A stretch of DNA of 59,489 bases, taken from NCBI GenBank assembly GCA_030141605.1, contig JAQGDQ010001146.1, forward strand, positions 1-59,489, in the 5' to 3' direction. A model generated the notes under the pieces. It was not told the DNA's origin. It ran no database searches and saw nothing but the letters and a program-made list of their open reading frames with translations. The DNA comes from Tubiluchus corallicola (taxonomy: Eukaryota > Animalia > Priapulida). Of the stretch, positions 24,386 to 36,440 are shown piece by piece (the first letter of the stretch is position 1; each line of letters opens with the position of its first letter). Made by a program: the position numbers and the translations under genes.

Positions 24386-24926
24386 GCAGCGCTACCGCGA
24401 ATCCAAATGCAAGTGAAACCGTTGATAGTTTTGTTCAGACCGTGCCATTTGCCCCAAAACTGTTGTTCAACTTTGCAGCACATTTCTAGAATCTTTGCAG
24501 CTTCGTTTAAAAAATATTGATCAGTCGTGAGCTCCACTTGAGCAATATTTGTAACTTGTATATTCCTTTTCAAGAATGTTGTTTAACTGCATGCTTCATT
24601 TCAAGAACGCCGACTACTTAACATTCCAGGCTACCGATCAAGTTTTAGGTTCGTTGCTTGGTTGTGTACTATTAGTGCTGACCCCAGATAATTTAAATGT
24701 CAATCCCTACTTGTCAGAAATAAAAACTGCTGAAAAATAATTTGGGTAACAATATTCCAAAAACAGATAATTATAACAACATAATTAAAGGTCAATTCCT
24801 ACATGCCAGTGATAAAAATTTTCATACACAAAATACATGGTGCAAGTCAAACATTCTACAATAAAATTGAAAACAAATAATAAAACTGGAAAAACACATT
24901 TGTGCTTGATCTTCAATTCTCATCAA

Positions 24927-25844
24927 TTAATGGAACTCCCTTACAATTGACCGTTGTGGAAACAAAATTTTCTTGAAAGCCACTTTAAAGTCAACGCTTA
25001 AAAATGCATATATGATTGGGTTAACAGCACTGTTGGTCAGTCCAAGCACAAGTAAAACCTGAAAGGTTTCATATTTAATTTTATAAGGTAATATATAACA
25101 AACTGTCTGATACAGATCTAAAGGGCCCCAGCATACCAGAAAAGCAATGGTAACAATGGCTAAAGTTTTTGTTGCTTTCATTTGCATCACGTTTGCCTGA
25201 CTTCCTTGACCTTGACTGTGTATCTGCAAGACGTGCCTTCTTGCAGTTTTCCAAATTAGGACATACAGTACAAGAATCATGATAATTGGTAAATAAAATG
25301 CTAAAGTAGCATCAATGATTAACATACTTTGTGCATTGAATGTGCTTTTGTAAATGATATAAATAAAACCTTCAATTAAAGCTAAAGTCCAAGTAATACA
25401 AAGTGCCACAACAATGGTTTCTTTTCTCACAAAGGTGTGATACTTGAATGGATGAACAACAGCTATATATCTTTCAGCAGCAATCAGACACAGGTGGTAT
25501 ACACTCGCGTTCATCATTCCATTTTCAAATGTGTGCTGTAGCAGTACAAACAAGAGCGTGGATCTCACAGGTGGACGCAGAACTGCTGATATTTCAATTG
25601 TCATTGATATGCCAACAAATAAATCGGTTACAGCAAGCGATGCTATAAGAGCATACGTTTTAGTTTGCAAACGAGAAATCTTATAAATGGCTATCAGCAC
25701 TAAGAAATTTCCTGCCATTATAGCAATGCACGACAAGGTTAACAGGAGAACTTTCATCACTATCACAGGCTTAGCAGAAAAAGTACTATCTGTTTCCGTT
25801 GCATTCATTATAGGAAAATCAGATGAAGATGAAGTCGAATTCAT
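24927..25844 (-). CDS. Intronless class A orphan GPCR, copy 1 (most divergent), 305 aa
   Basis: Seven hydrophobic segments with GN, LAVTD, AERY, W4.50, FYLP, CWGP and NPIIY motifs and helix 8. The ATG at 25844 (MNSTS) aligns with all paralogs. Confidence 0.93.
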   Translation of the reverse strand: MNSTSSSSDFPIMNATETDSTFSAKPVIVMKVLLLTLSCIAIMAGNFLVLIAIYKISRLQTKTYALIASLAVTDLFVGISMTIEISAVLRPPVRSTLLFVLLQHTFENGMMNASVYHLCLIAAERYIAVVHPFKYHTFVRKETIVVALCITWTLALIEGFIYIIYKSTFNAQSMLIIDATLAFYLPIIMILVLYVLIWKTARRHVLQIHSQGQGSQANVMQMKATKTLAIVTIAFLVCWGPLDLYQTVCYILPYKIKYETFQVLLVLGLTNSAVNPIIYAFLSVDFKVAFKKILFPQRSIVREFH

Positions 25845-26809
25845 GTCCGTACCCGTATTGTGTTCCGAAAAACAAGTCAGAACTTTGATCAAACGCACTA
25901 CATTCCCATCAATTAAAATGCTATAATTAGAGAAGATAGAGTTGCAAAATCCACTGACATTATATTCTAGTGACTTTCGAGGCAAATTATGGTTAATCAG
26001 GCGCGCATAAAATGCTTGCTACAATAGTCAGCCACATGTGAGACTGATTCAATAAAATGTTATTTACATCAACGAATAATATTACCATTACAGGTGACAA
26101 CACGCTATCAATGCTTACATGCTTACATTGTGTAGATGCAAAGCTGCCAGTTGAACAATTGCATAAGTAACACAACACTTGCAGTGAAACATGCAAACTG
26201 TGCAAGCCTGTCTTTGCAAGGCAAACACTTCAGCAATTCTGCATACGTGCTATTCTTTTCTCACCTGTGCAAACTCATCATATTCCAGTAATAAAAGTAA
26301 TTACATTTGTGTTTGTTACTATTTACTAATTGTTAAAGAACAAGATGGATTTTAAAATTTAACTATATCCCTCATTTTGTATTAAATGTGCGAAGTTCCT
26401 TCCATGGACTGCATTAATGTTATTTCATAACTACACAGCTCAAACAATTTTGTAATCAAATTATAACCTTTTTGCATTACTCAGCCTATGCAAACAGAGT
26501 AGTCAATTTTTTCATAACTAGGCAGACATCGGGCACGAAAATCAATGTAATGAAAACATTGTCTGCTTCTGTTATCAAAATTATACCATAATTCACAAGG
26601 TACTTTGAGAAGCAAATTAGGGGGCCTAAACTTTGTTTTCATAGCAAGAAACTTGTAACCAGGAAATCTCAGTCTGATTTTAGAAATATTACAAAGACTG
26701 CATGGAAACTGCATGGTGATCTAGATGAAGTTCATGAACTAGTATAATGTGCCAGTTCTACAGTAAACTATCCCAGAACTTCTACAGAACTATTCAGTTC
26801 TACAGTAAA

Positions 26810-27150
26810 AAGCAAGTAATGCAGACAGCACCTGCTGAAAATAATTCATGTAACAACATTCCAAGAACCAGTAATTATAAAAATTAAATGTCGCCTGCGA
26901 TTTGCCAGTGATAAAAACTGTGAAACCATCAACTACTTGGTCCAAACCAAACATTCAGTAATAAAGTTGAAAACAAACAAAACTGGAAAAACACATTTGT
27001 GTACGTTTTTAAGTGGGCTACTCAGAGGCTACTCAAGAGTGTGCTCCATTTCAAGAATGCTGTTCAATTTATGAGCTTTAATTCATGCTTATTACTCGGT
27101 TGCACCTTGAGTATGTTACTCGAGTGTATGGTCAATTAATGGAATTCCCT
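26810..27150 (-). pseudogene. GPCR relic: last codons (REFH*) plus homologous 3' flank
   Basis: 27136-27150 ttaatggaattccct is the reverse complement of R-E-F-H-stop. The flank to its left matches the 3' flanks at 24720-24926 and 28540-28840. Confidence 0.6.
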
Positions 27151-28840
27151 GTGACTCACAGTTTTTAATAAAATCACATTTTTTCTAATAGAGCAAAAAA
27201 CTCTCTTTCAAGTGCAATTAAGCATTTTAATGTAGCAATTTTAGAACTTTGTGGCATCTAGATTTTATGAAACTTTTAATAAAAATATGTCCGTGCTTCA
27301 GCATTCTTTGATTATAAAGCAGAAAAACTAATAATCATCCCAAATTTGATCAGTTAAAGAGTATTTTCTTATTTTTTTGTAAGCACACGTAGATTTTGCT
27401 CTAGAAATTGTGTAAAATAATGCATGTTCAAGTCTTACGTGATTCATTCACACATGACTTAATTTATTACCTTTGTTTTTAAGTATTAATTTCAGCAAAG
27501 TATGATTTGTAATTCATTATAAAGACGAATGGGTTTAGAACTGCGTTTAAAGATGCCATTTTTCCATACTATGGCCTCTAATAACTAAAGTGTTAACGCC
27601 TGAAAGTAGCCCAACTTTAATGTTGTTATGAGCAATTTTGCTAGAGACATATAGCATTTATTCATTGCAATTTCTGAGTGCTGAGAGCACAAATTTGTAT
27701 AGATAGGTATTCCTTGCCAGGATAAGACACCGCTATGCAATCTCTCAGTAGTCGATTACCGACGAAATGTAATCGCTAATTGCGATTACTTGAAATGGTG
27801 GTATCTCCCATGAAAGTCAAGTATTTACTGTTGAAGGGAGTTCCTTCAGGGCAGTCTTAACGTGCATGTATGCGACATTAACAAGTGATCGTCTCATCTA
27901 GTTTTTCTTTGTTTAGTAGTTGTTGTTGCCTGTCTGATTTCCATACATTGCTTTGTTTTGTGCACGATTTTAAAGGAAAGATCAAGCCTTCTGGGAGGTT
28001 AGGATTTTTTTCTTAATGTTCTTGAACAAATGTTCCAGAGATTTAGTAATAAAGGTGTGATAAGTGCCTCGTGTAATTTGTGAAATCAGTTTAAAGTTGC
28101 TATAATTGCGTGCTTGAACACTTCCATTTTGAACCTTCCTTACTGCACCAATGACCGTTGTTCATCGGCTGAAGAAAAGCAGCAACTGTCAGTTTCTGTC
28201 AAAAGTATATTAAATTGTTACGAAGAATTAAATAGCTATTTTTGTGAAATTTTTGCATTCGTGAGCATTAAGTAAGCTGCGGATGCATAAATTAGTTCAA
28301 GCAGCTTGCTCTTAAAAAAAGTCCACCACTTATGTCACGATTTTGAAGTGATAGGTGGCTGTAAGAACCCCCTCCCCGAAAACTTTATTGAATCTTGAAT
28401 AAGCATATATAATATATGACAAACGTTTCAGCAGACTCAATTGCCATTGTCAATGTAGCCTAAAAACGTGGTAAATGAATACCATAATTAGTATGTCTTA
28501 CAATTTCCAGTAATCGGTTCCACAACAAACAACAAGTAATGCACACAACACTCAACTGAAAAAAAATTTAGGTAACAACATTCCAGAAACAGATAATTAT
28601 AAATCTTAAATGTCAATCCCTGCTTGCCAGAGATAAAAATTCTCAAACCACAAAATACATGTTGCAAAGCAAATATTCTGCAGTAAAATTTAAAAGAAAT
28701 AATAAAACTGGGAAAACACATTTGTGCATGATCCTCAGTTGTGTACTCAATTTCATGAACATTGTTCAGTTGTTCAGCATTTCATGATTATTACTCAGTG
28801 AATACTCCGCTTCAAGTATGGTGTTTATTTGTGTGCTCAA

Positions 28841-29773
28841 TTAACGGAATTCCCTGCCAACTAATTGTAGTGGAAGCAAAATGTTCTTGAATGCCAGTCT
28901 GAAATCAGTACTAGAAAATGCATACACTATTGGGTTAACAGCACTATTGATAATTCCAAGGGTAAATAAAATCTGAGTTGTTTCATATGTCCTTTCATGT
29001 GATGATATATAAGAAAACGCATCATACACTGATAAAGGACCCCAGCATACCAGAAAAGCAAAGGTAACAATGACTAAAGTTTTTGTTGCTTTCATTTGCA
29101 TCACATTTGGACGGCTTTCTTGACCTTGACTGTGTATCTGTAAGACCTGTCTTCTTGCGGTTCTCCAAATTAGGGCATACAGTACAAGAATCATAAATAT
29201 TGGTAAATAAAATGTTAAAATATAAATAATTGACATGCTCAGTGTAGCGGTGCCTATGAAAATGTTACTCAAATTCAAAGCAACAAAAGTCAGTGTCAGA
29301 ATCAAAGCAAAAGCCCAAGTAATGCAAAGTGCTGCAACAATGGTTTCTTTTCTCACATGGGTGTGATACTTGAATGGATGAACAACAGCTATATATCTTT
29401 CAGCAGCTATCAGGCATAGATGGTTTGTACTTGCATTCATCATTGAAAATTCAAATGTGTACAGTATAAATGTGTATATGAGGTTTAATCTCATTGCCGG
29501 ATAAAAGATCACCGTGATTTCTATTAGAACAGGTATGGCAACAAGTAAGTCAGTCACTGCAAGCGATGCTATAAACACATTTGTTTTTGTTTGTAAGCGA
29601 GAATTCTTGTAAATTGCAATCAACACTAATAAGTTTCCTGCAGTTATAGCCAAGACGGATAATGTGAGCAGCAGCACCATAATTACAATGAATGGAAAAT
29701 CTGATACAACAATGTCATCAGTTTCTGTTGTATTTGCTGCAGAAATGTCCAACGAAAATGAAGTCGAATTCAT
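28841..29773 (-). CDS. Class A orphan GPCR, copy 2 (B-type ECL2), 310 aa
   Basis: Intact 7TM ORF with AERY, CWGP and NPIVY motifs; first ATG at 29773. Confidence 0.93.
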   Translation of the reverse strand: MNSTSFSLDISAANTTETDDIVVSDFPFIVIMVLLLTLSVLAITAGNLLVLIAIYKNSRLQTKTNVFIASLAVTDLLVAIPVLIEITVIFYPAMRLNLIYTFILYTFEFSMMNASTNHLCLIAAERYIAVVHPFKYHTHVRKETIVAALCITWAFALILTLTFVALNLSNIFIGTATLSMSIIYILTFYLPIFMILVLYALIWRTARRQVLQIHSQGQESRPNVMQMKATKTLVIVTFAFLVCWGPLSVYDAFSYISSHERTYETTQILFTLGIINSAVNPIVYAFSSTDFRLAFKNILLPLQLVGREFR

Positions 29774-30363
29774 GTTCACAATATTTTTACTTTTCAAAAA
29801 GCAAAAGTCAGAGCTGTATACAAATGTAGCACACTGCCGTCTTTGTTAAAATCCATCAAAATTCTAAACCACCAGTCACAGGAAATAAGGTGGTCACGAC
29901 ATCGACGCTTTGTTTTATTGTAACAAAGGTTGGTAGTATCTTTTCTCTGTGATGGCTGGTTCTTAAAACAACTGATGCCCTAAAAGGGAGTTAGAAGCAC
30001 CTCTGTGCTGCTCAGCTTCCCACTGCTTTAATGCAATATGATGTTATTTACATTAAGAGCACCACAGAGATGATTACAATGCTTCTCATATAAAATTTAT
30101 AGGTATCAAGCACACAAGTATCGAACAATTTTGTAATACAACTGAAGTGTTACATGCAAGATCTATGCAAGCATTTCAGAATTTAGATACACACCATATT
30201 ATATAGAATAATATATATTTTTATGATATGTATATTATTATCACATCTATGTAAAGTAAGTTTACACTGAGTAAAATGTTTGTGCATCATTGGTTATAAT
30301 GATTTCAATTCATTCTGAATGCTACTTCAAGAATGTTGTTCATTTGTGGGCTTTATTTCATGT

Positions 30364-31257
30364 TTACTGTGTGAACAAAATGTTCTTGGAAGCCTGTCTA
30401 AAGTCAGTGCTAGAAAATGCATACACGATTGGATTAACAGCACTGTTGATAATTCCAGGGGTAAGTAAAATCTGAGCTGTTTCATATTTCATTTCTTGAG
30501 ATGATATATAACAAAACATCTGATACAGTGATTAAGGACCCCAACATACCAGAAAAGCAAAGGTAACAATGGCTAAAGTTTTCGTTGCTTTCATTTGCAT
30601 CACATTTGCCTGGCTTCCTTGACCTTGACTGTGTATCTGTAAGACATGTCTTCTTGCGATTGTCCAAATTAGGACATACAGTACAAGAATCACAAATACT
30701 GGTAAATAAAATGCTGAAATAAGGTAAAGAATTGATAAACTACGTGCAGCAAAAGTGTTATTCAAAGAAAAAATAAATGACTGTATTAAAGCAAAAGTCC
30801 AAATAGTACAAAGTGCTGCAACAATGGTTTGTTTTCTCACGATGGTGTGATACTTGAATGGATGAACAACAGCTATATATCTTTCAGCAGCTATCAGGCA
30901 CAGGTGATATATACTTGCATTCATCATTGAACCTTCAAATGCATACAGCATCGATGTATATATGAGGTTTAATCTCATTGCCGGATAAAAGATCACAGTG
31001 ATATCTATTAGAACAGGTATGGCAACAAGTAAGTCAGTCACTGCAAGCGATGCTACAAAAGCATTCGTTTTTGTTTGTAAGCGAGGAATCTTATAAATTG
31101 CAATCAACACTAATAAGTTTCCTGCAATTATTGCCAAGTCGGATAACGAGAGCAGCAGCACCATAATTACCATCAATGGAAAATCAGTTACAAGAATGTC
31201 ACCAGTTTCTGTCGTATTTGCAGCAGCAAAATCCAACAAAAAAGAAGTCGAGCTCAT
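30364..31257 (-). pseudogene. GPCR copy 3 (A-type), nonsense mutation after CWGP in TM6
   Basis: TTA>TAA at 30532-30534; the frame continues to DFRQASKNILFTQ* at 30364. Confidence 0.88.
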
Positions 31258-32438
31258 ATTCACAGTATTTTTATTTTTCAAAAAGGAATAAGTCGTCAGA
31301 GCTGCATGCAAGAAGTGCACTACTGCCTTTCGTGAAATGCACCAGTCACAGGGAATAGAGTGAGTTTGATTCTGAGGCTTTGTTTTATGTTAGCGAATAG
31401 TTATGTACCTTTTCTTTGTGAAAGCTAATTCTTCAAACACGCTAACATTGCAGAATGATGTTAAAAGCTTCCTTTTATTAGTCATTCTCACCTTGCATTA
31501 GTGCAATATAATGACATTTACACTAATGTGCATTATAGATGATCACACTGTTTCTGTTCATATAAAATTTATAGATATCTAGCACATTTGTTAAACAATA
31601 ACATAATAGAACATACAAAGTGCTACATGCAAATGTGTAGACATTTCACAATTAGGCACACACTATACGTATATTAACACACATGCATAGACTCAGTTTA
31701 TGCTGCAGGGAATGTTTTGCGCGTTTGTGATTATAATGATTTCTGTTTAGTCTGAATGCTACACAATATCACATTCAAATGTACACATAAGTACGGTCAT
31801 AAAGTCCCTATTTACTGTTTGAAAATTGTATTTGAAAGAATTATATTGACAAAACTAGTTGTGTTAAATCATTTGTCGGCAGTTTTGGTCTATGAAAATT
31901 TCAGGCTTCCTTTAATACCAAAGATAGAGATTCAGATAGAGATAGTGATAGATACAAATCTCATTGATGTTTTTTGTGACTAGTAAATGTTGTTAGGAAC
32001 AGACAATGATCAGTCTCACTCCCAGATTTGAAATAACTGCCTCAGTTTTCTTTTTTCCTTCGCTAAATAAAGGATTTTTCATCAGAACACAAAATATTTA
32101 AATGTCATGCGTTATACAATGTAGAATATTATTCAGAGCTTTCTGCGCATGCATATCTCTAAGGAGGCAATTTTTTGGAAGCAAGATGTTATGCAACTGC
32201 TCCCAACCGTCGGTCTTCAGTAAACTTGGTCACAGTGCATCTTATTCCAATAAGTTCTTGAGTTGCCTGATTTTAAAGATATTGCTCAGCTGTGTGCTTT
32301 ATTTCAAGCTTGTTGCTTAGTTGATTGTTTTTTTCAAAACCGTTGGTAACTTGTTTACTTAATTTCAAGGATGTTGCTTACTTATCACCGCCTGGTGGTG
32401 ATCAGGTTGAAGAATATTGTTCACTTAATTGTGCACAA

Positions 32439-32508
32439 TTAATGTGGTTCCTCAGACAATTTATGTGGAAACGAAATTATCTTGAAAGCCATTTTAAAGT
32501 TGGTGCTA
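32439..32508 (-). pseudogene. GPCR C-terminal relic truncated by a MITE
   Basis: Minus strand reads STNFKMAFKIISFPHKLSEEPH*; compare SVDFKVAFKKILFPQRSIVREFH* of copy 1. Confidence 0.6.
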
Positions 32509-32510
32509 TA

Positions 32511-33456
32511 CAGTGCACTCATGTGTCACTGACTCGGGACTTGACTTGGGCAAGTAATGAATGACTGTTATCTTGTCGTACTTGAAATTATGAAGCACTG
32601 ACTTGACTAGTGACTCGAACTCTGTGGCAGTAAAACATGCAATAATTATGCACATTATAACTAAGTAATCACAACCTTCTCATTTATTAAAGCATTTCAC
32701 ATCAACAATCAGTCTGTATTTATTGTCTGTAGCCACGATGTATACATTATGCCCAGCATGGAATTCCAACTCACTAGTTCACCATCTGTGTTTGCATTTA
32801 CAAACTCAGTTATAAACTTTGCCGCATTATTACAACGTTAAATATGCGCTCATCAATCCATCAGATCAATGCAGAGTGAATCATAGCCAGCTTTATAAAC
32901 TGGATAATCAAGAATTTAGTTGCCAAGCTACTATGGTGCCTATTAACTGAATGGAACTTCAGTCAAAATACCCTGTTAGCAATGCCAGACGGAGCTTGGT
33001 TTGTCAGGTAAGAGCCTATTTGACGTTTCCCAAGTGTAACTTGAATAATTTCCTATGGATTGTAATTAGTATTACTGGTTGTAATGTCGCTTTTATGTTA
33101 TGGATACTGATATAACACCACTGCAAACTTCTTTTGAAATATAACACCATTATAAAATAATGCGTGTTGCACAGAGTCTGTTGTGCAATAATGAGCAAAT
33201 TTACCCCAAAATTAACAAGCATAGTGTTTTGCCATTAAATACGAACTTGACAACTGGCTAAATCTTGGACTACTTTGACTCGAAACTCGATTTGAAGTTA
33301 AACACATGAACATGACTCAGGACTTGATTTTGGGCATAATAACTCCAGACTTGACTCAGAGTTAGGCCTCAGCAACTTAAGACTTTACTCGGACTTGAAC
33401 CCCAAGGACTTGGGACTCATGCTGGACTTGAGCCGAAAGACTTGACTACAGCACTG
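32511..33456. mobile_element. ~950-bp hAT-like non-autonomous element with GACTTGACTCG subterminal repeats
   Basis: CAGTG...CACTG ends; the right end is gacttgactacagcactg, and there are many gactc/gacttg motifs near both ends. Confidence 0.7.
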
Positions 33457-34123
33457 AAATGTAATGAAATCATTCTCTGTTTCAATTTCCAAAACTATAT
33501 ATTATCTATGTAGTTTGTAGAGCCACTCAAACTCACAAGATCCTTTGTGAAACAAGAGGTCTAAACTTTATGTTAATAACAATTGACTTGCCAATACCAC
33601 AAGGAGAATATATCACAAAAATGCCATAGCTCATAGTTGATCAGTACGAAATTTATTGAATCTTGAATAAGCATATATAATATATGACAAACGTTTCAGC
33701 AGACTCAATTGCCATTGTCAATGTAGCCTAAAAACGTGGTAAATGAATACCATAATTAGTATGTCCTACAATTTCCAGTAACCGTTTCCACAACAAACAA
33801 CAAGTAATGCACACAACACTCAACTGAAAAATAATTCAGGTAACAACATTCCAAAAACAGATAATTATAAATCTTAAATGTCAATCCCTACTTGCCAGAG
33901 ATAAAAATTCTCAAACCACAAAATACATGGTGCAAAGCAAATATTTTGCAATAAAATTAATAAAAAATAATAAAACGGGAAAAATCCATTTGCGCATCAT
34001 CCTCAGTTGTGTGCTCCATTTCAAGAATGCTGTTCAGTATTTCATGCTTGTTACTCAATGTAACTCTGCTTCAAGTATGTTATTTATTTGTGTGCTCAAT
34101 TAACAGAATTCCCCGCTAACTAA

Positions 34124-35041
34124 CTAATGCGGAACCAAAATGTTCTTGAATGCCAGTCTAAAGTCAGTGCTAGAAAATGCATACACGATTGGATTAACAG
34201 CACTATTGATAATTCCAAGGGTAAGTAAAATCTGGTATGTTTCATATTTCCTTTCATGTGATGATATATAAGAAAACACATCATACACTGATAAAGGTCC
34301 CCAGCATACCAGAAAAACAAAGGTAACAATGACTAAAGTTTTTGTTGCTTTCATTTGTGTCACATTTGGATGGCTTTCTTGACCTTCTTGACCTTGACTG
34401 TGTATCTGTAAGACATGTCTTCTTGCGGTTCTCCAAATTACGGCATACAGTACAAGAATCATAAATATTGGTAAATAAAATGTTAAAATATAAATAATTG
34501 ACATGCTCAGTGTAGCGATGCCTATGAAAATGTTACTCAAATTCAAAGCAACAAAAGTCAGTGTCAGAATCAAAGCAAAAGCCCAAGTAATGCAAAGTGC
34601 TGCAACAATGGTTTCTTTTCTCACATGGGTGTGATACTTGAATGGATGAACAACAGCTATATATCTTTCAGCAGCTATCAGGCATAGATGGTTTGTACTT
34701 GCATACATCATTGAAAATTCAAGCGTGTACAGTATCAATGCAGAGGCGTGGTTTAATCTTACTCTGGGATTGAACATCATGGTAATTTCTGCTGGTACAG
34801 ATATGGCAACAAGTAAGTCAGTCACTGGAAGCGATGCTATAAACACATTTGTTTTTGTTTGTAAGCGAGAATTCTTGTAAATTGCAATCAACACTAATAA
34901 GTTTCCTGCAGTTATAGCCAAGATGGATAATGTGAGCAGTTGCACCATTATTACGATGAATGGAAAATCGGTTACAAGAATGTCATCAGTTTCTGTTGTA
35001 TTTGCTGCAAAAATGTCCAACGAAAATGAAGTCGAATTCAT
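34124..35041 (-). CDS. Class A orphan GPCR, copy 4 (B-type), 305 aa
   Basis: Intact ORF. Has LPVTD in place of LAVTD, a 3-codon ICL3 duplication (QGQEGQES) and a short C-tail. Confidence 0.88.
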   Translation of the reverse strand: MNSTSFSLDIFAANTTETDDILVTDFPFIVIMVQLLTLSILAITAGNLLVLIAIYKNSRLQTKTNVFIASLPVTDLLVAISVPAEITMMFNPRVRLNHASALILYTLEFSMMYASTNHLCLIAAERYIAVVHPFKYHTHVRKETIVAALCITWAFALILTLTFVALNLSNIFIGIATLSMSIIYILTFYLPIFMILVLYAVIWRTARRHVLQIHSQGQEGQESHPNVTQMKATKTLVIVTFVFLVCWGPLSVYDVFSYISSHERKYETYQILLTLGIINSAVNPIVYAFSSTDFRLAFKNILVPH

Positions 35042-35177
35042 GTTCACAATATTTTTACTTTTCAAAAAGCAAAAGTCAGAATTGTATACAAATGTAGCAC
35101 ACTTCTGTCTTTGCTAAAATCCATCAAAATTCTAAACCACCAGTCACAGGAAATAAGGTGGGCACGACATCGACGCT

Positions 35178-35491
35178 GTACAGTATCAATGCAGATATGT
35201 AGTTTAATCTTACTCTGGGATGGAACATCATGGTAATTTCTGCTGATACAGATATGGCAACAAGTAAGTCAGTCACTGCAAGCGACGCTATAAACACATT
35301 TGTTTTTGTTTTTAAGCGAGGAATCTTATAAATTGCAATCAACACTAATAAGTTTCCAGTCATTATAGCAAGTCGGATAATGTGAACAGCAGCACTGTAA
35401 TTACAATCAATGATAAATCAGCTACAAGAATATCACCAGTTTCTGTTGTATTTACTGCAGCAAAATCCACTGAAAATGAAGTAGAATTCAT
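35178..35491 (-). pseudogene. GPCR 5' fragment (N-terminus to start of TM3) with frameshift
   Basis: ATG at 35491; a 1-bp deletion (attatagcaagtcgg vs attatagccaagtcgg); breaks at 35178 into the upstream flank of copy 4. Confidence 0.85.
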
Positions 35492-36041
35492 ATTCACAAT
35501 ATTTTTACTTTTCAAAAAGCAAAAGTCAGAGCTGTATACAAATGTAGCACACTTCTGTCTTTGCTAAAATCCATCAAAATTCTAAACCACCAGTCACAGG
35601 AAATAAGGTGGGCACGACATCGACGCTTTGTTTTATTGTAACAAAGGTTGGTAGTATCTTTTCTCTGTGATGGCTGGTTCTTAAAACATACTGATGCCCT
35701 AGAAGGGAGTTAGAAGCACCTCTGTGCTGCTCAGCTTCCCACTGCTTTAATGCAATATGATGTTATTTACATTAAGAGCACCACAGAGATGATTACAATG
35801 CTTCTCATATAAAATTTATAGGTATCAAGCACACAAGTATCGAACAATTTTGTAATACAACTGAAGTGTTACATGCAAGATCCATGCAAACATTTCAGAA
35901 TTTAGGCACACAACATATTATGTAGAATAATATATATTATATATTATTATGAAGTGTATATTATCAACACATCTATGCAAACTCAGTTTACACTGAGTGG
36001 AATGTTTGTGCATCTTTGGTTATAAATATTTCAATTCACTC

Positions 36042-36440
36042 TGATACTTGAATGGACGAACAATAGCTGTATATCATTCAGCAGCAATCGGATGCAAGTG
36101 CAATGCACTTGTATTTACCATTCCACATTGAAATGTGCAACACGGCACTGTATGTGCCAAATTTAGTCTCACTGCCATATCGTCTTAATTTTTGTCTGTA
36201 CAGATAAGCTAACAAATAAATCAGTTACAGTGAGTGGTGCTATAAGCACATTACGTTTTGTTTGTAAACAAGAAATTTTATAAATCGCAATCAGAACTAA
36301 CATGTTTCCTGCAGTTGTAGCCAAGCTTGATAATGTGAACAGCAGCACGAGAATTACGATCGCTCGCTCCACTGGACAATGGTTCCAGTTTGTGACATGT
36401 TTGCTGTGGCGAAATCAACCGAAAGTGAAGTTGAATTCAT
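36042..36440 (-). pseudogene. P-type GPCR half-gene (N-terminus to ICL2), copy a
   Basis: MNSTSLSVDF start and TM1-TM2 (AGNMLVLIAIYKISCLQTK...VTDLFV), with frameshifts and stops; ends at the PFKY-equivalent. Confidence 0.85.

Noticed and set aside
25845-25985. N-terminal extensions of GPCR ORFs in the track (for example MPRKS..., MKSKNIVN)
   Set aside because: They mostly begin at TTG/GTG or unconserved codons; the MN(S/L)TS ATG is the position shared by all copies.
27920-27997. Candidate next PKD1-like exon (phase 1 to 1, VVACLISIHCFVLCTILKERSSLLG)
   Set aside because: It does not resemble GAIN-region sequence and lies in a probable insertion; it cannot be fully excluded without RNA data.
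29774-29812. 5'UTR splice acceptor (ctgac...ttttgaaaag) just before the ATG
   Set aside because: The AG is missing in copies 24927, 30364 and 58163, so it is not consistently supported.
31756-33222. Short ORFs identical in two places (31756/38851, 32102/39197, 33016/40111)
   Set aside because: The identity reflects the recent 7095-bp duplication, not coding constraint.
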